A DNA stretch of 61,707 nucleotides from an uncultured Gammaproteobacteria bacterium (GCA_947258715.1 CAMYJH010000029.1:1-61707), one strand, 5' to 3'; counted from the stretch's first letter, positions 16,261-26,100 are shown. Notes: generated by a model not told the origin, from the sequence alone. A program made the numbers and translations.

Positions 16261-18184
16261 TCTTGCTCCCCGTTTCTAGTTTTCGGCGAATCACCTGGAC
16301 CACGGATCCGGGCTTGAGGGGTTGTCCCTTGACCTCGGACCAGCAGTCCACGTCTATCAAATAGCGCGCCCGCAGCAGCCAGGCGAGGTTGGAGTAGCGT
16401 CGGCTTTCCGCGCTAATGTATGCGTCGTCGACGCTGTCAGACCAGCTCATCTCGACCGTCATCACCTTGGCAAACCGCTTCAGGATTTCACCGATCCCCG
16501 ACGCCATGGGCTGCAGATAGGTGAGGTGCAGCGAGGAGACGGCGTATCCGTCGGCACGGGCGCGGTCGACTGCTTCCTCGATGACGCCCCGGGTGCTTCC
16601 CCAGCCGATGATCAGCAGTTCGCCTTCCGGAGCCCCGTACACGGGCGGCGCGGCGAGCGTCTTCTGGAAGCTGGCCAGCTTCAGGCTGCGATAGCGGAGG
16701 CCCTCTTGGTTAATCTCGGGATCGTAGGCGACCCGGCTCGAGCGATCATGCGCCAATCCAGTAAGGGTGTGCATGCCACCGGGCTGGCCGGGTATGAAGC
16801 GTCTCCGCAGCCCCGTCCGGTCATCCCACTCGTACGGGCGGTCGCCTTCGGGGATCTCGTTCTGGTCGGAGGCTACCGCGTACCACTCTTGCTTCGGCTG
16901 GGGCCGCACGAACAGCTGCTGAGCCGTCGCCAGGTTGGCATCACTCAACAGCACCACCGGAAGGTTGAAGGCTTCGGCGATGTGGCGTGCAGTGATCACA
17001 AGGTAGAAACACTCCTCGATATTGGCGGCGGCCAGTACTACCCGGGGCGCGTCACCGTGGGTTCCGAAAATGGCCTGCAGGAGGTCGCCTTGCTCCACCT
17101 TGGTCGGTTGCCCGGTGCTCGGGCCGCCTCGCTGAACGTTTATCACCACCAGCGGGATTTCGGCCATCGCGGCAAGCCCGATGAGCTCCTGCTTGAGCGA
17201 CATCCCCGGTCCCGAGGTGATGGTGACGGAACACTTGCCGGCATAGGACGAGCCGATGGCGAAAGCGCAGGCCGCGATTTCGTCTTCCGCCTGGTGAACG
17301 AATCCGTCCACGTGCTCGAAGATCTCGCTCAGGTAGTGTGCAGCCGACGTCGCGGGCGTGATCGGATACATGGCGCATACCTCCATACCGGAGGCCATGA
17401 TGCCAAGCGCCAGCGCGGTGTTGCCGTTTACCACGATCTGGGCCTTCTTGGTTCGCGAACCCGGAATTGTGAAACGGAGATCCAGATTCTCGAGCGCCCA
17501 CGAATGCCCCGCTTCCAGGAGCGTATGGTTCCGATCGACCACCTCTTTGTCCTTGGTTCGGAACACGAACGCGACCTGCTTGCGTGCGAGCTTCAGATCC
17601 ATGCTGTAAATCGCGCTTAGCATCCCCAGCACGAACATGTTCTTGCCCAGCGCGGGATTGGACGTGTACTGGAAGCAGACCTGCTCCATCGGGATCTCGT
17701 AAACCCGATAGCCTTCGCCAATCAATTCGTCGTAGACCCTGGTGTAAGCGGCAACGATTTCCGCATCGCGGTGGAATCGCCACTTGTTCTCGAGAAGGAT
17801 GACCCCGCCTTGCTTCAGCGCGCCGGCTTGCAGCCGACCACGCAATACCTGCTCGTTGAAGGCCACGGCCAGATCGGCCTCGTCCCCTCCGTTGGTCACG
17901 CGGTGTGAGCCGATCCGAATGCGGTTGCCGCTGGCACCCGCAATGCTGCGAGGCGGCGGTTCGATCTCGGCTGGGATGATCTCGACGGTCCAGATCCCGT
18001 TGCCCATATTGGCGGCAATGCTGGCGAAAGACTGACCGCATTTCTGGGCGCCTTCACCGGAGTCACTGATGACCTCGATGACGTGCTCCCGAATCCGTAA
18101 CGGTGCCGCCGGGACCGGTGGACCGGGGCGCTCCGTGACGGACTGCTCCGGGGCTTCGCTTTCCCCGGTGGAAAAATTATTCAT
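16253..18184 (-). CDS. korA: 2-oxoglutarate/2-oxoacid:ferredoxin oxidoreductase alpha subunit (fused gamma-alpha domains)
   Basis: 643 aa. N-terminal gamma-like domain (AVAFNEQVLRG...), then alpha domain motifs (NGNTALALGIMASGMEVCAMYPITPATS...GPGMSLKQE). Overlaps the korB start by 8 nt. Confidence 0.85.
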   Translation of the reverse strand: MNNFSTGESEAPEQSVTERPGPPVPAAPLRIREHVIEVISDSGEGAQKCGQSFASIAANMGNGIWTVEIIPAEIEPPPRSIAGASGNRIRIGSHRVTNGGDEADLAVAFNEQVLRGRLQAGALKQGGVILLENKWRFHRDAEIVAAYTRVYDELIGEGYRVYEIPMEQVCFQYTSNPALGKNMFVLGMLSAIYSMDLKLARKQVAFVFRTKDKEVVDRNHTLLEAGHSWALENLDLRFTIPGSRTKKAQIVVNGNTALALGIMASGMEVCAMYPITPATSAAHYLSEIFEHVDGFVHQAEDEIAACAFAIGSSYAGKCSVTITSGPGMSLKQELIGLAAMAEIPLVVINVQRGGPSTGQPTKVEQGDLLQAIFGTHGDAPRVVLAAANIEECFYLVITARHIAEAFNLPVVLLSDANLATAQQLFVRPQPKQEWYAVASDQNEIPEGDRPYEWDDRTGLRRRFIPGQPGGMHTLTGLAHDRSSRVAYDPEINQEGLRYRSLKLASFQKTLAAPPVYGAPEGELLIIGWGSTRGVIEEAVDRARADGYAVSSLHLTYLQPMASGIGEILKRFAKVMTVEMSWSDSVDDAYISAESRRYSNLAWLLRARYLIDVDCWSEVKGQPLKPGSVVQVIRRKLETGSKNV

Positions 18185-18280
18185 TCGTTTCCACTTGGCC
18201 TTGGGGCTCCCGAGATCCGATATGAGCCACCAATCCTAAGTTATTGTTCCAAATAATAGGAATCCGACCATAAGCGCATC

Positions 18281-18294
18281 ATGACCTGGATCAA
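18281..18294. promoter_or_regulatory. candidate CRP/FNR-family dyad (minus-strand reading TTGATCCAGGTCAT) about 100 bp upstream of korA
   Basis: Matches the TTGAY-N4-GTCAT pattern also found at 10423-10436. Confidence 0.3.
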
Positions 18295-18639
18295 CAAGAC
18301 TCTGAAGATCACGTCGGATACAGTGTTTGTTTGAAATCGTTGAGTTCGACAGCCGCGAATGCATGAATCACCTGGAGTCAGGCAGCTAACCGTAAATGGC
18401 GGCTAAGCGATGGCTGCGTCTCTGGTGATTCGTCGGCTGCAAACCGACCGGGCGAACTACCTACGGTTGCATCATCTCCTGGACCCCAAGCTCGTTGTCG
18501 TTTCACCTGCCGAGGCAAAGAATCCCTACCTCAACAGAGAATAGCAGGCGAACGCGTTGCCCGCCGCGAGCAGGGGAAACAGGTTGAAACGACCGGCTTT
18601 GAAAGGATGCCGGCGCAACGAGCGTCGCCCAAGGCGAAT

Positions 18640-19050
18640 TTGGACCGTTCTTCGCTCCCGATCCATGGCGACGGGCGTCGCTCAGCGACGTGTGGGGAAT
18701 CTATTTCTGCCTCGGTCTCACCGCAGCGGCATCGGTGCCGCTCGTCGGCATGGTCTCAGCCCCAAATGTGCATCTCTACTGGTCCGGAATCGGGAGCGTG
18801 CTCGGGACCCGGCCGCTCGTCTATATCGCCGCCGCTTTCCCGGCGGCTGCGCTATCAGATTGGCTGGGACCGGGTCGCGTCTTGCCGGTCGCTGCGCTGC
18901 CGATGGGTTTCTCCGCTGCCCCGAGGGCACCGGCGACGGGACACTGCAGACTGATTTCCGCTGTCGGCGTTTTCGCGCTTGGCGGAGCGACGGTATCCAT
19001 ACGGGGAAAGGCATCGGGGCAGAGCAGTATCTCTCACCCTGACCAGTTTC
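18640..19050 (+). pseudogene. degenerate 5' fragment of an MFS transporter gene, paralogous to the N-terminus of the intact gene at 20101-21408
   Basis: Translation WGIYFCLGLTAAASVPLVGMVS...RPLVYIAAAFPAAALSDWLGPGRVLPVAALPMGFSAAPRAPATGHCRLISAVGVFALGGATVSI aligns with WTIYFCFGLTAAAMAPLVGVIS...WPLVYIAAAIPGGAVLDRFGVGRALLVAVLLMAFSGALRALATGHLSLFLAVGVFGLGGPLVSI (about 55% aa, about 70% nt identity). No C-terminal remainder follows, and it abuts the xni 3' end. Confidence 0.6.
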
Positions 19051-19075
19051 TGCCGATCGCCCCTTTCCGGCGCCA

Positions 19076-19849
19076 TCAAGCCGACGGCAATCGCAGCTGA
19101 TTGAGGTTGATACCAATGCTCACGTCGGTCTTCAGGCGTACCAGGGCGACGGACAGTCGCGCCTGAGTCGCTTCGGCGATCAGCGCTTTCCCCGCTCTGC
19201 CCGGAATTTCCTCCGCCTTCGCCAACATATTTTCCAGCGTGCCGTGCTCGTTGATCAGCTTTGCCGCGGTGCGCGGGCCAATCGATTTGACCCCGGGGAT
19301 GTTCAGCGACTTATCGCCCATCAGCCCGAGCACATCGGTGAGCTGCGACGGGGTAACGCCGAACTTCTCTTTTATATATACGCCATCCAATTCGCGACCC
19401 GCGAAATGATCGCGGATCCGGATCCTGTCTCCCGCCAGCTGGCACATGCTTTTGTCTGTAGAAAGAATCACCGCTTGCCCATCGTGAGCGGCTATTTTTA
19501 CAGCGATGGTCGCTATAACGTCGTCGGCTTCTACATTGGGCACGGATACGCAACGAACGCCGAGATTCTCGATCGCTTCTTCAACCCGATGCAGGTTCAA
19601 TCGGAGCGGATCAGGCATTGGCGGGCGATCTCGCTTGTAGTCTGGAAACATCTCGTGTCGCCAGTTTCTGCCGCCGGCGTCGAATACGCACACCGCGTGC
19701 GTCGGCGTGAGCTCATCCAGGGCGCGGCGTATGGAATTCAGCGTCGAATCCAGCGCGCCGTCGAAATGCTCGGGTGAATGCTCGTTTCCCGGTACCGCGG
19801 CATATACCCGTCGCACCAGGTTCAAACCGTCGATGATCAGAACTTTCAT
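19076..19849 (-). CDS. xni: flap endonuclease Xni (5'-3' exonuclease IX family)
   Basis: MKVLIIDGLNLVRRVY...VCVFDAGGRNWRHEMFPDYK...SVPNVEADDVIATIA...LSTDKSMCQL. PIN-like metal-binding residues and H3TH region are typical of Xni/ExoIX. Confidence 0.85.
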   Translation of the reverse strand: MKVLIIDGLNLVRRVYAAVPGNEHSPEHFDGALDSTLNSIRRALDELTPTHAVCVFDAGGRNWRHEMFPDYKRDRPPMPDPLRLNLHRVEEAIENLGVRCVSVPNVEADDVIATIAVKIAAHDGQAVILSTDKSMCQLAGDRIRIRDHFAGRELDGVYIKEKFGVTPSQLTDVLGLMGDKSLNIPGVKSIGPRTAAKLINEHGTLENMLAKAEEIPGRAGKALIAEATQARLSVALVRLKTDVSIGINLNQLRLPSA

Positions 19850-19928
19850 TGTGGAAAGACAACGAGAAGTCGGCGTAAGTATTTAATCGCCCGAGCGGTA
19901 AGCATGGATCTCGTTTTGTTTCTCGCCC

Positions 19929-20087
19929 TTAGGGAAACTCTGGATAATTCCATCCCTGGAATTTTCAGAGCCGGCAAGTGAAAACGCGGTTTCCACTTGC
20001 CTCATGAATCCAATGACTTACAGTCATCGGATTCGGCGGCGCATCCCTGCTTAGCTAAGGAAGGTCTGATAAATCAGATCTTCCTTA
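19929..20087 (+). repeat. repeat family A copy 1: about 155-bp multi-hairpin MITE-like element, flanked by TTA
   Basis: About 95% identical to 22531-22689. Internal hairpins GGCAAGTG-N-CACTTGCC, GAATCCAATGAC/GTCATCGGATTC, GCTAAGGAAGGTCTGATAAATCAGATCTTCCTTAGC. Imperfect termini GGAAACTCTG / CAGA(T/C)CTTCC. Confidence 0.65.
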
Positions 20088-20100
20088 GCTGTCGGCAGCA

Positions 20101-21408
20101 ATGGCAAAGGTTAACATCCGAGGTCTTAGTCGAATAACACCGTTTACATATCAGCACCATCGGGTTTTGCGCGAATTCATGCTCGCTCGAGTTCCCCAAG
20201 GCGATTCTTCGTTTGCGCAGCCCAGGCGGCGATGGTTGCTCCTGTTGGGCGTGTGGACAATCTATTTTTGCTTCGGTCTAACCGCGGCGGCTATGGCGCC
20301 GCTGGTCGGAGTAATATCGTCTGAGCTCGAGCTCTCTCGTACCGCGATGGGGAGCATCCTCGGCGCCTGGCCGCTGGTTTATATCGCCGCCGCCATCCCG
20401 GGGGGTGCGGTGCTGGATAGGTTCGGCGTGGGACGCGCCTTGCTGGTCGCTGTTCTTTTGATGGCGTTCTCCGGTGCCCTGAGAGCACTGGCCACGGGAC
20501 ACTTAAGCCTGTTCCTGGCCGTCGGCGTCTTCGGGCTCGGCGGACCGCTTGTGTCCATCGGCGGACCAAAACTCATTAGCCATCACTTCGCCGCGCGCGA
20601 GCGCGGACTCGCCATCGGCCTCTACACCACCGGTCCCGCTCTCGGCGGCATTACCGCGCTTTCGCTCACCAACAGCGTTGCCATGCCGGTGCTTGATCGA
20701 GACTGGCGCGCGGTGCTGCTGCTTTACGCCTGCTTTACGCTGGCTGCCGCGTTGTTGTGGTTCGCCATTGGCAGGAGCGAGGGCCGGGATGGGTCGGCGG
20801 GCTCGGAAAGATTAAACACATCTCAACTCGCGGTGTTCGCACGGCTGCTGCGATTGCCTGTCGTGCGGATCACGCTGCTCATGGGTATCGGCATCTTCTT
20901 CTTCAACCACGCCCTCAATAACTGGTTGCCCGAAATTTTGGCTGCAAGCGGGATGAGCCCCGTCCAGGCCGGGAACTTGGCGGCCATCCCGACTGCCGTC
21001 GGCGTGCTGGGCGCGCTCATCGTTCCGAGATTCGCGGTGGGACGAAGGCGCGTCGCTGTCATGATCGCGCTGTTCATCTGCGCCGGGGTCGCCACCCTGT
21101 TGATACCCACAAACGGTTGGACGCTGACGCTTGGACTCTCTTTGCAGGGCGTTGCCCGCGGGGCGATGATGGCCGTGGCGCTATTGGTTTTGATGGATTC
21201 CAAGCAAATTGGCCAGGCGCAAATGGGCGCCGCCGGCGGCTTGTTTTTCACCGCCGCTGAGGTCGGAGGTGTGCTGGGCCCGCTCACCGTCGGTTGGCTT
21301 GCCCAGCGCGGCGGCGGATTCGAAAGCTCTCTATGGATGCTGTCCGGCGTTTGCGTCGCCCTGATCCTGCTCGCTCTGGCGTCGGCCAGGGGGCGCGGCG
21401 AAGAATGA
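20101..21408 (+). CDS. MFS transporter (CynX/NimT-like); true start may be internal (e.g. 20179)
   Basis: 435-aa ORF, 12 TM segments, MFS motifs (PLVYIAAAIPGGAVLDRFG, GLGGPLVSIGG). No convincing RBS at either candidate start. The ORF begins 14 bp after repeat A1. Confidence 0.7.
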   Translation: MAKVNIRGLSRITPFTYQHHRVLREFMLARVPQGDSSFAQPRRRWLLLLGVWTIYFCFGLTAAAMAPLVGVISSELELSRTAMGSILGAWPLVYIAAAIPGGAVLDRFGVGRALLVAVLLMAFSGALRALATGHLSLFLAVGVFGLGGPLVSIGGPKLISHHFAARERGLAIGLYTTGPALGGITALSLTNSVAMPVLDRDWRAVLLLYACFTLAAALLWFAIGRSEGRDGSAGSERLNTSQLAVFARLLRLPVVRITLLMGIGIFFFNHALNNWLPEILAASGMSPVQAGNLAAIPTAVGVLGALIVPRFAVGRRRVAVMIALFICAGVATLLIPTNGWTLTLGLSLQGVARGAMMAVALLVLMDSKQIGQAQMGAAGGLFFTAAEVGGVLGPLTVGWLAQRGGGFESSLWMLSGVCVALILLALASARGRGEE

Positions 21409-21594
21409 GCGTTCGAGATCGAAAAACCTGAAGCACTGAGCAGTCTTTGGCGTTAGTATTGACATGCGGCCAGCTACGCTGGCGCGCTTAATTCTTTCCT
21501 GCGACAAGTCGGCAAGATGTTCTACCGGTGCTGGAGCACCCCCGGCTTGAGCGATGCGCACGGTGAAGCTTCCGTTTAGAAGCGCGATTCACTA

Positions 21595-21735
21595 GAACCT
21601 ATCTCAAAATTAGCGAGCTTGGATAAGACAAGGCAAAAACAGGCTTAATCAGCGCAGTTTACACGCCAGCAAATGAGCATTTTGAGCCTGTTTTTAACGC
21701 CGTTAGGCTAAGCGCAGCAATTTTGAGATAGGTAC
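21595..21735. mobile_element. repeat family B copy 1: 141-bp MITE with 15-bp terminal inverted repeats (GAACCTATCTCAAAAT) and flanking TA
   Basis: GAACCTATCTCAAAATT ... AATTTTGAGATAGGTAC with TA at 21593-21594 and 21736-21737. TA flanks and short TIRs suggest an IS630/Tc1-type non-autonomous element. About 90% identical to 38677-38818. Confidence 0.65.
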
Positions 21736-21782
21736 TAACAAACATTTGCGACAGCGTTTCCCACCAACCCTCGGAGAAACCA

Positions 21783-21992
21783 GTGAACGACTCAAACGAG
21801 CTGCCGATAAGTATCGAAACCAAGGGCGTCACCGGCCGTGACGGCTACATCATTGCCGAGTCACTGGTATTCGCAATAAAATACATCGACGAACTGCCCG
21901 ACAACATACGGCCGACGGCGGACAAAAACGACATCATCAAAATTCTCAATACCGCCTTTCCCACCTGGGAGGACGTGCTGGGTCCGGGCTGA
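21783..21992 (+). CDS. small acidic hypothetical protein (69 aa), GTG start, in a low-GC islet
   Basis: RBS GGAGAAACCA before GTG 21783. Translation VNDSNELPISIETKGVTGRDGYIIAESLVFAIKYIDELPDNIRPTADKNDIIKILNTAFPTWEDVLGPG. GC content clearly below surroundings. No recognised family. Confidence 0.45.
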   Translation: MNDSNELPISIETKGVTGRDGYIIAESLVFAIKYIDELPDNIRPTADKNDIIKILNTAFPTWEDVLGPG

Positions 21993-22174
21993 GTTCCGGA
22001 TCAACCCTCGATGGGGGAGGACTGCGCAATTTTCGGGCGCGCGAGTCGGGACCCAAGGCGCCAGCGGGAAAAACGAATTTGGCGCGCGTCGGCGGCGCTG
22101 CATTCAAAGCTCCGACGCCGGCCTTGTGTACCAAATCAGTAACCATCCGCGAACATGAAGATGAATGACCCTCG

Positions 22175-22534
22175 ATGAGTTCCGAGCTGAAACAAAATCT
22201 GACCCGCGGCGAAACATGGATTCGCATGCTCTACGTGGTTCTGTTTGCCGCCATTTATACGGTTGCCGAGGTCGTACTCGTGGCGGTGGTGGTCGTCCAG
22301 TTCGGATTCGTACTGATCTCAGGAAAGCGCAATCCGAATCTTCTGCAGTTCGGCGGGCGTCTGAGCCGATATATGTACGACCTGCTCCTGTATTTCACCT
22401 TCAGGAGTGACGCCAAACCGTTCCCCTTCGACGACTGGCCAGCGGCCGATTACTCAGAGGGAGCAGCCAGCTCGAGGAAGAAGAGCGTGCGAAAGAGAGT
22501 GCCGCGGAAGAAAAAGGCCAGCTCATCAACTTAA
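22175..22534 (+). CDS. small membrane protein, DUF4389-like
   Basis: MSSELKQNLTRGETWIRMLYVVLFAAIYTVAEVVLVAVVVVQFGFVLISGKRNPNLLQFGGRLSRYMYDLLLYFTFRSDAKPFPFDDWP... has two TM segments; the basic Lys-rich tail is atypical. Stop codon overlaps the start of repeat A2. Confidence 0.5.
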   Translation: MSSELKQNLTRGETWIRMLYVVLFAAIYTVAEVVLVAVVVVQFGFVLISGKRNPNLLQFGGRLSRYMYDLLLYFTFRSDAKPFPFDDWPAADYSEGAASSRKKSVRKRVPRKKKASSST

Positions 22535-22689
22535 GGAAACTCTGAATAATTCCATCCCTGGAATTTTCAGAGTCGGCAAGTGAAAACGCGGTTTCCACTT
22601 GCCTCACGAATCCAATGACTTACAGTCATCGGATTCGGCGGTGCATCCCTGCTTAGCTAAGGAAGGTCTGATAAATCAGACCTTCCTTA
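22531..22689 (+). repeat. repeat family A copy 2 (direct orientation relative to copy 1)
   Basis: About 95% identical to 19929-20087, including the perfect hairpin GCTAAGGAAGGTCTGATAAATCAGACCTTCCTTAAG. TTA at both boundaries. Confidence 0.65.
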
Positions 22690-23115
22690 AGTAGAGACTC
22701 TGACCGAGATTGGATAAAAAATCTCGCTAAGCGCTACCGGCAACCGCGATGTCCGGATTGCCACCGCGGACGCTGGTCTCGATGTCAACGTGACCCCCAA
22801 AAGGCCTCGGCGGCCCGCGTGATGACGGCAACGATCCGGAGCAGCTTTTTTTGCCGCAGGTTACTCGGCATGCTTCCGGGGCGCGCTCATGCAGGCGGCG
22901 GGTGAGGAGAAGAGGAAGATCCCTGATGAAGGAACCTCGACGGGAAGTCATGCACCGAGGGTGAGCGCTTCGTCCGAATTGCGGCACAGTTTCTGTAATC
23001 GGTGAAATAGAGACCGGCGCACGCAAGTGCTTGCTAACGCAACGCGCTCGCCAATGGCACAGATACGTTCGCTGCGGAAACGCCTGCTGGCGGAGGCTGC
23101 GGACGGCAGCGTCGG

Positions 23116-26100
23116 CTAAGGCGACGATTTCTCGCTCAAGTTCCGATAGTAGCGCTCCACGATCTCGGCATGGGAAGGTGGGGGTTCCGTGCGCGCCACC
23201 GCCGCTGAAGTGGGCGGCGTTTGTTCCAGACGCGCGCGCAGCTCTCGTTCGATGTTCTTCAACGCCGCCAGCAGCTCGGCATGCCGGAGCTGAAGCGAGG
23301 CGGCGTCCAGCTCTTCCTGCCGTCGCGCGCCCTCCAAGGCCGAAAGCAGGGCCGCCAGATCGCCTGCGAGCCCCGGTTCGGCGGCAAGCGCTTCGGCCAG
23401 GCCGCCGATACTGCCGGCGCGCTGCTCCAGCGCGTGGCGGTAGTCGGCGAGATCCGCCGGGTCGACATCTGCGCGCGATCCTCTGCCCGGCAAAACGGGT
23501 CCACGCCGGGCCTGGTCGGCGAGACGCTCCTGGTCGCGCTCCAGTCCACGCATGTTGCCGCGCAGCTCATCGAGCATGTGGGATAAACGCATGCCGCCGG
23601 GTTCGCCAATCTGCCTCGAGGCGGACGCGATGCGGGCGCGCAGAACCCGCAGCGCGCGGGTGATGTCGTCCTCCTCTTGCGCTTGCTCGGCAGTCGACCC
23701 GCGGGCAAATCCGTCTGCCGAGCGGCGAATGCGGTCGGCAATCTTCTCTTCCCGCAACCCGTCCGCGGCCTCTTTGAGCACTCTGGCGGCGCCGGGTTGC
23801 TGCTGTTGTCCGGCGCGTTCGGCCAGGCGGTCGAGCTGCGACTCCATCTCGCGCACGTCGCCCGCAAGGGTCTGCTTTCGCTGCGGCAGATCGCCGGGCT
23901 CAGCGGGGGCGTTCTCGCCTCGACTCAATCTGTCGGTGACGTCGCCCTCGATATCGCTTTGCCTCTCGGCCATCTCCTCGGCCTTGCGCAGCGCCTCTTC
24001 GGTGTCCCTGGAAAGCCTCGCCGGCCCTTCCGAGTCCAGCAGCCGGCTCGCTTCGCGCAGGCGATCCAGCGCCTCGGCACCGGCGGCGGCGTCGCCGGCA
24101 TCGGCGGAACGGCGCATCGCACGGGCGGCATTTTCGAGCGCGCTCAAAGAGGCGCGAAGCTCTTGGCTGGACTTGCGGCGGGTCAATCGCTCGAGCTCCC
24201 GCATGAGCCGCTCCACTTGCTCCGCCAATGCGCGCTGGCTGTCGGAGCCACCGCCGCCCCGACGGGCGCGCAGCTGCGCCCGTTCGAGCTCGCGCTGCTG
24301 TCGCTCCGCCAGCTCGCGCAGCTTGCGCAGAGTCTCGTCGAGCTGGCGGTTCTGGGGCCGCCAGTCGCCGCGGCGAATGTCCTCGTATTGATTTCGGAAG
24401 CGGTCCATCTCCAATCGGAACAGGTTCTCTAAATCGTTGGCCGCAGAAGCGCCGCCACGCTGGCGCGCCTGGGCGACCTGCACTTCGCGAAAGGCGCTGT
24501 CGGCGCGCTGGAGATGCAGCAGCGCGAAGCGCGCCGCGGGCAGCGCCGCCTTAACGTCGTTCAGCGCCAGCAGCGCTTCAACTTCCAACATCGACTTTGC
24601 CGCCTGCGGCAGTTCCTCGGCCATACGCCGGTAACCCGGATTGAGTTCGACGATGCTGCGGGCGCCTAGGCGTCGCACAATGGCCTCCACCCGGCTTCGG
24701 ATGCGTTCCTGGGCCGCGTTCAAAGTCGATACCCGTTTTTCGAATACTTCGCCCTCCATTGACGCGCGGTCGCGCAGCAGCTTGAACATGGCAATGACTA
24801 GAGTGCGCTGCTGTGCGGACAGCGTCTCTTCCTGCTGCGCGCCGGCGCGGCCGCCGGCGCCCCCCGCGCCGCCGCTGGGACGGTAGCTCATCTCGAACGG
24901 GCGAACGTCCATGAAAAATATGTCGGAGGTGAACTGGCGTGCGGGATCTCCGGCGGCGTCCCGGGCGCGCACGTGGTAGGCGATGAGATCCCCGGGGGCG
25001 AGATCACGCTCCTCGAGAAAGAGCTCCAGCTGGCCCTGCACTATGGGCTGCGGTCCGGAAGAATCGCTGAGATCGACGATTTCGTCGGCACCGCCGTTGA
25101 CCGAGAGCACAACTTCGAGTTCCCGCACCGCGACGTCGTCTTCGGCGCGAACGTCGACCGCGATCTCTTCGATGCTGGTTACACGCACGTCGCGCCCGGG
25201 GCTGAGCAGCGTGACTTTGGGCAGCGTGTCTACGTAAGCAACAATGGCGTGCTCGGGGGAAGCGGGCGCCATGCCGTAGCTCTCCGCTTCCAGCTCCACC
25301 CGGTAGCGACCGTCGTCGCGTACATCGATGGTGGCGCGCAGTTCGCCATTTTCTTCCGCCTTCAGATCCAGGTAACGCTCGCCGTCCAGAACGAGCCGGC
25401 CGCGGGATGTCGCTTCGCTTGGAGTGACCCGCACCTCGACCCGGGTGCCGCGCACCGCGGCGATGTCGCCGCCGTCGTTGACGAGTTCGGGGGCACGCCC
25501 GGTGTATTGGGGAAACTCGTACAGAAGGTCGATACGCTCGGCGACCGGCCGCGACACGACGTCGATTCGAAACACCGGCGATTGCAGTGACTCGTGAGTT
25601 ACGCGGTAGTCCAGCGCCGCGGTGACGTTGAATAGAAAGGTTTCGAACTCGGCTCTATCCGGAGTCGGGGCAAGCGGCACCTGCGTCCAATCCGTTTGTC
25701 CTTTGCTGCGATAGTGCAGGACGACCTGGGAAGGGTCGAAACCATCCGCGGTAGCACTGATACGCAGATCTTCTCCCGACAGCAGGGACGCATTGCCGGG
25801 TGCCACGTGCAGGGAATAGGGATTCAAAGCTTCCGCATCTGACGGCGAACTGACGAGCAGCCAGCTTCCGTGTCGCCACGAGTCCGGGCCCAGAGAAAGT
25901 AAGGCAGCGCCCACCGCGACGACGAGCGCGGCGGCAATGGACGCGCGCCGGGTGCGCCTGGTTTCGAGCTTCGACACCGCTGCTGAGGTTTCGCACTCCC
26001 GTGCCGCGTGATCCACCAGGCGACGGGCCAGCTGTGGCGAAGTGTCGCCCCGGATTTGCACCTCGTGGCGAAGCAGCGCGCGGGCTTCCACCGCGCTCAG

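Noticed and set aside
16322-18041. Long plus- and minus-strand ORFs inside korA (16322-17620 +, 17052-18041 -)
   Set aside because: Alternate-frame and antisense artefacts of a high-GC coding region; korA homology is unambiguous in the annotated frame.
23221-24432. Several plus-strand ORFs (121-279 aa) within the large coiled-coil gene
   Set aside because: Antisense, Ser/Arg/Ala-rich translations without motifs; codon periodicity follows the minus-strand gene.
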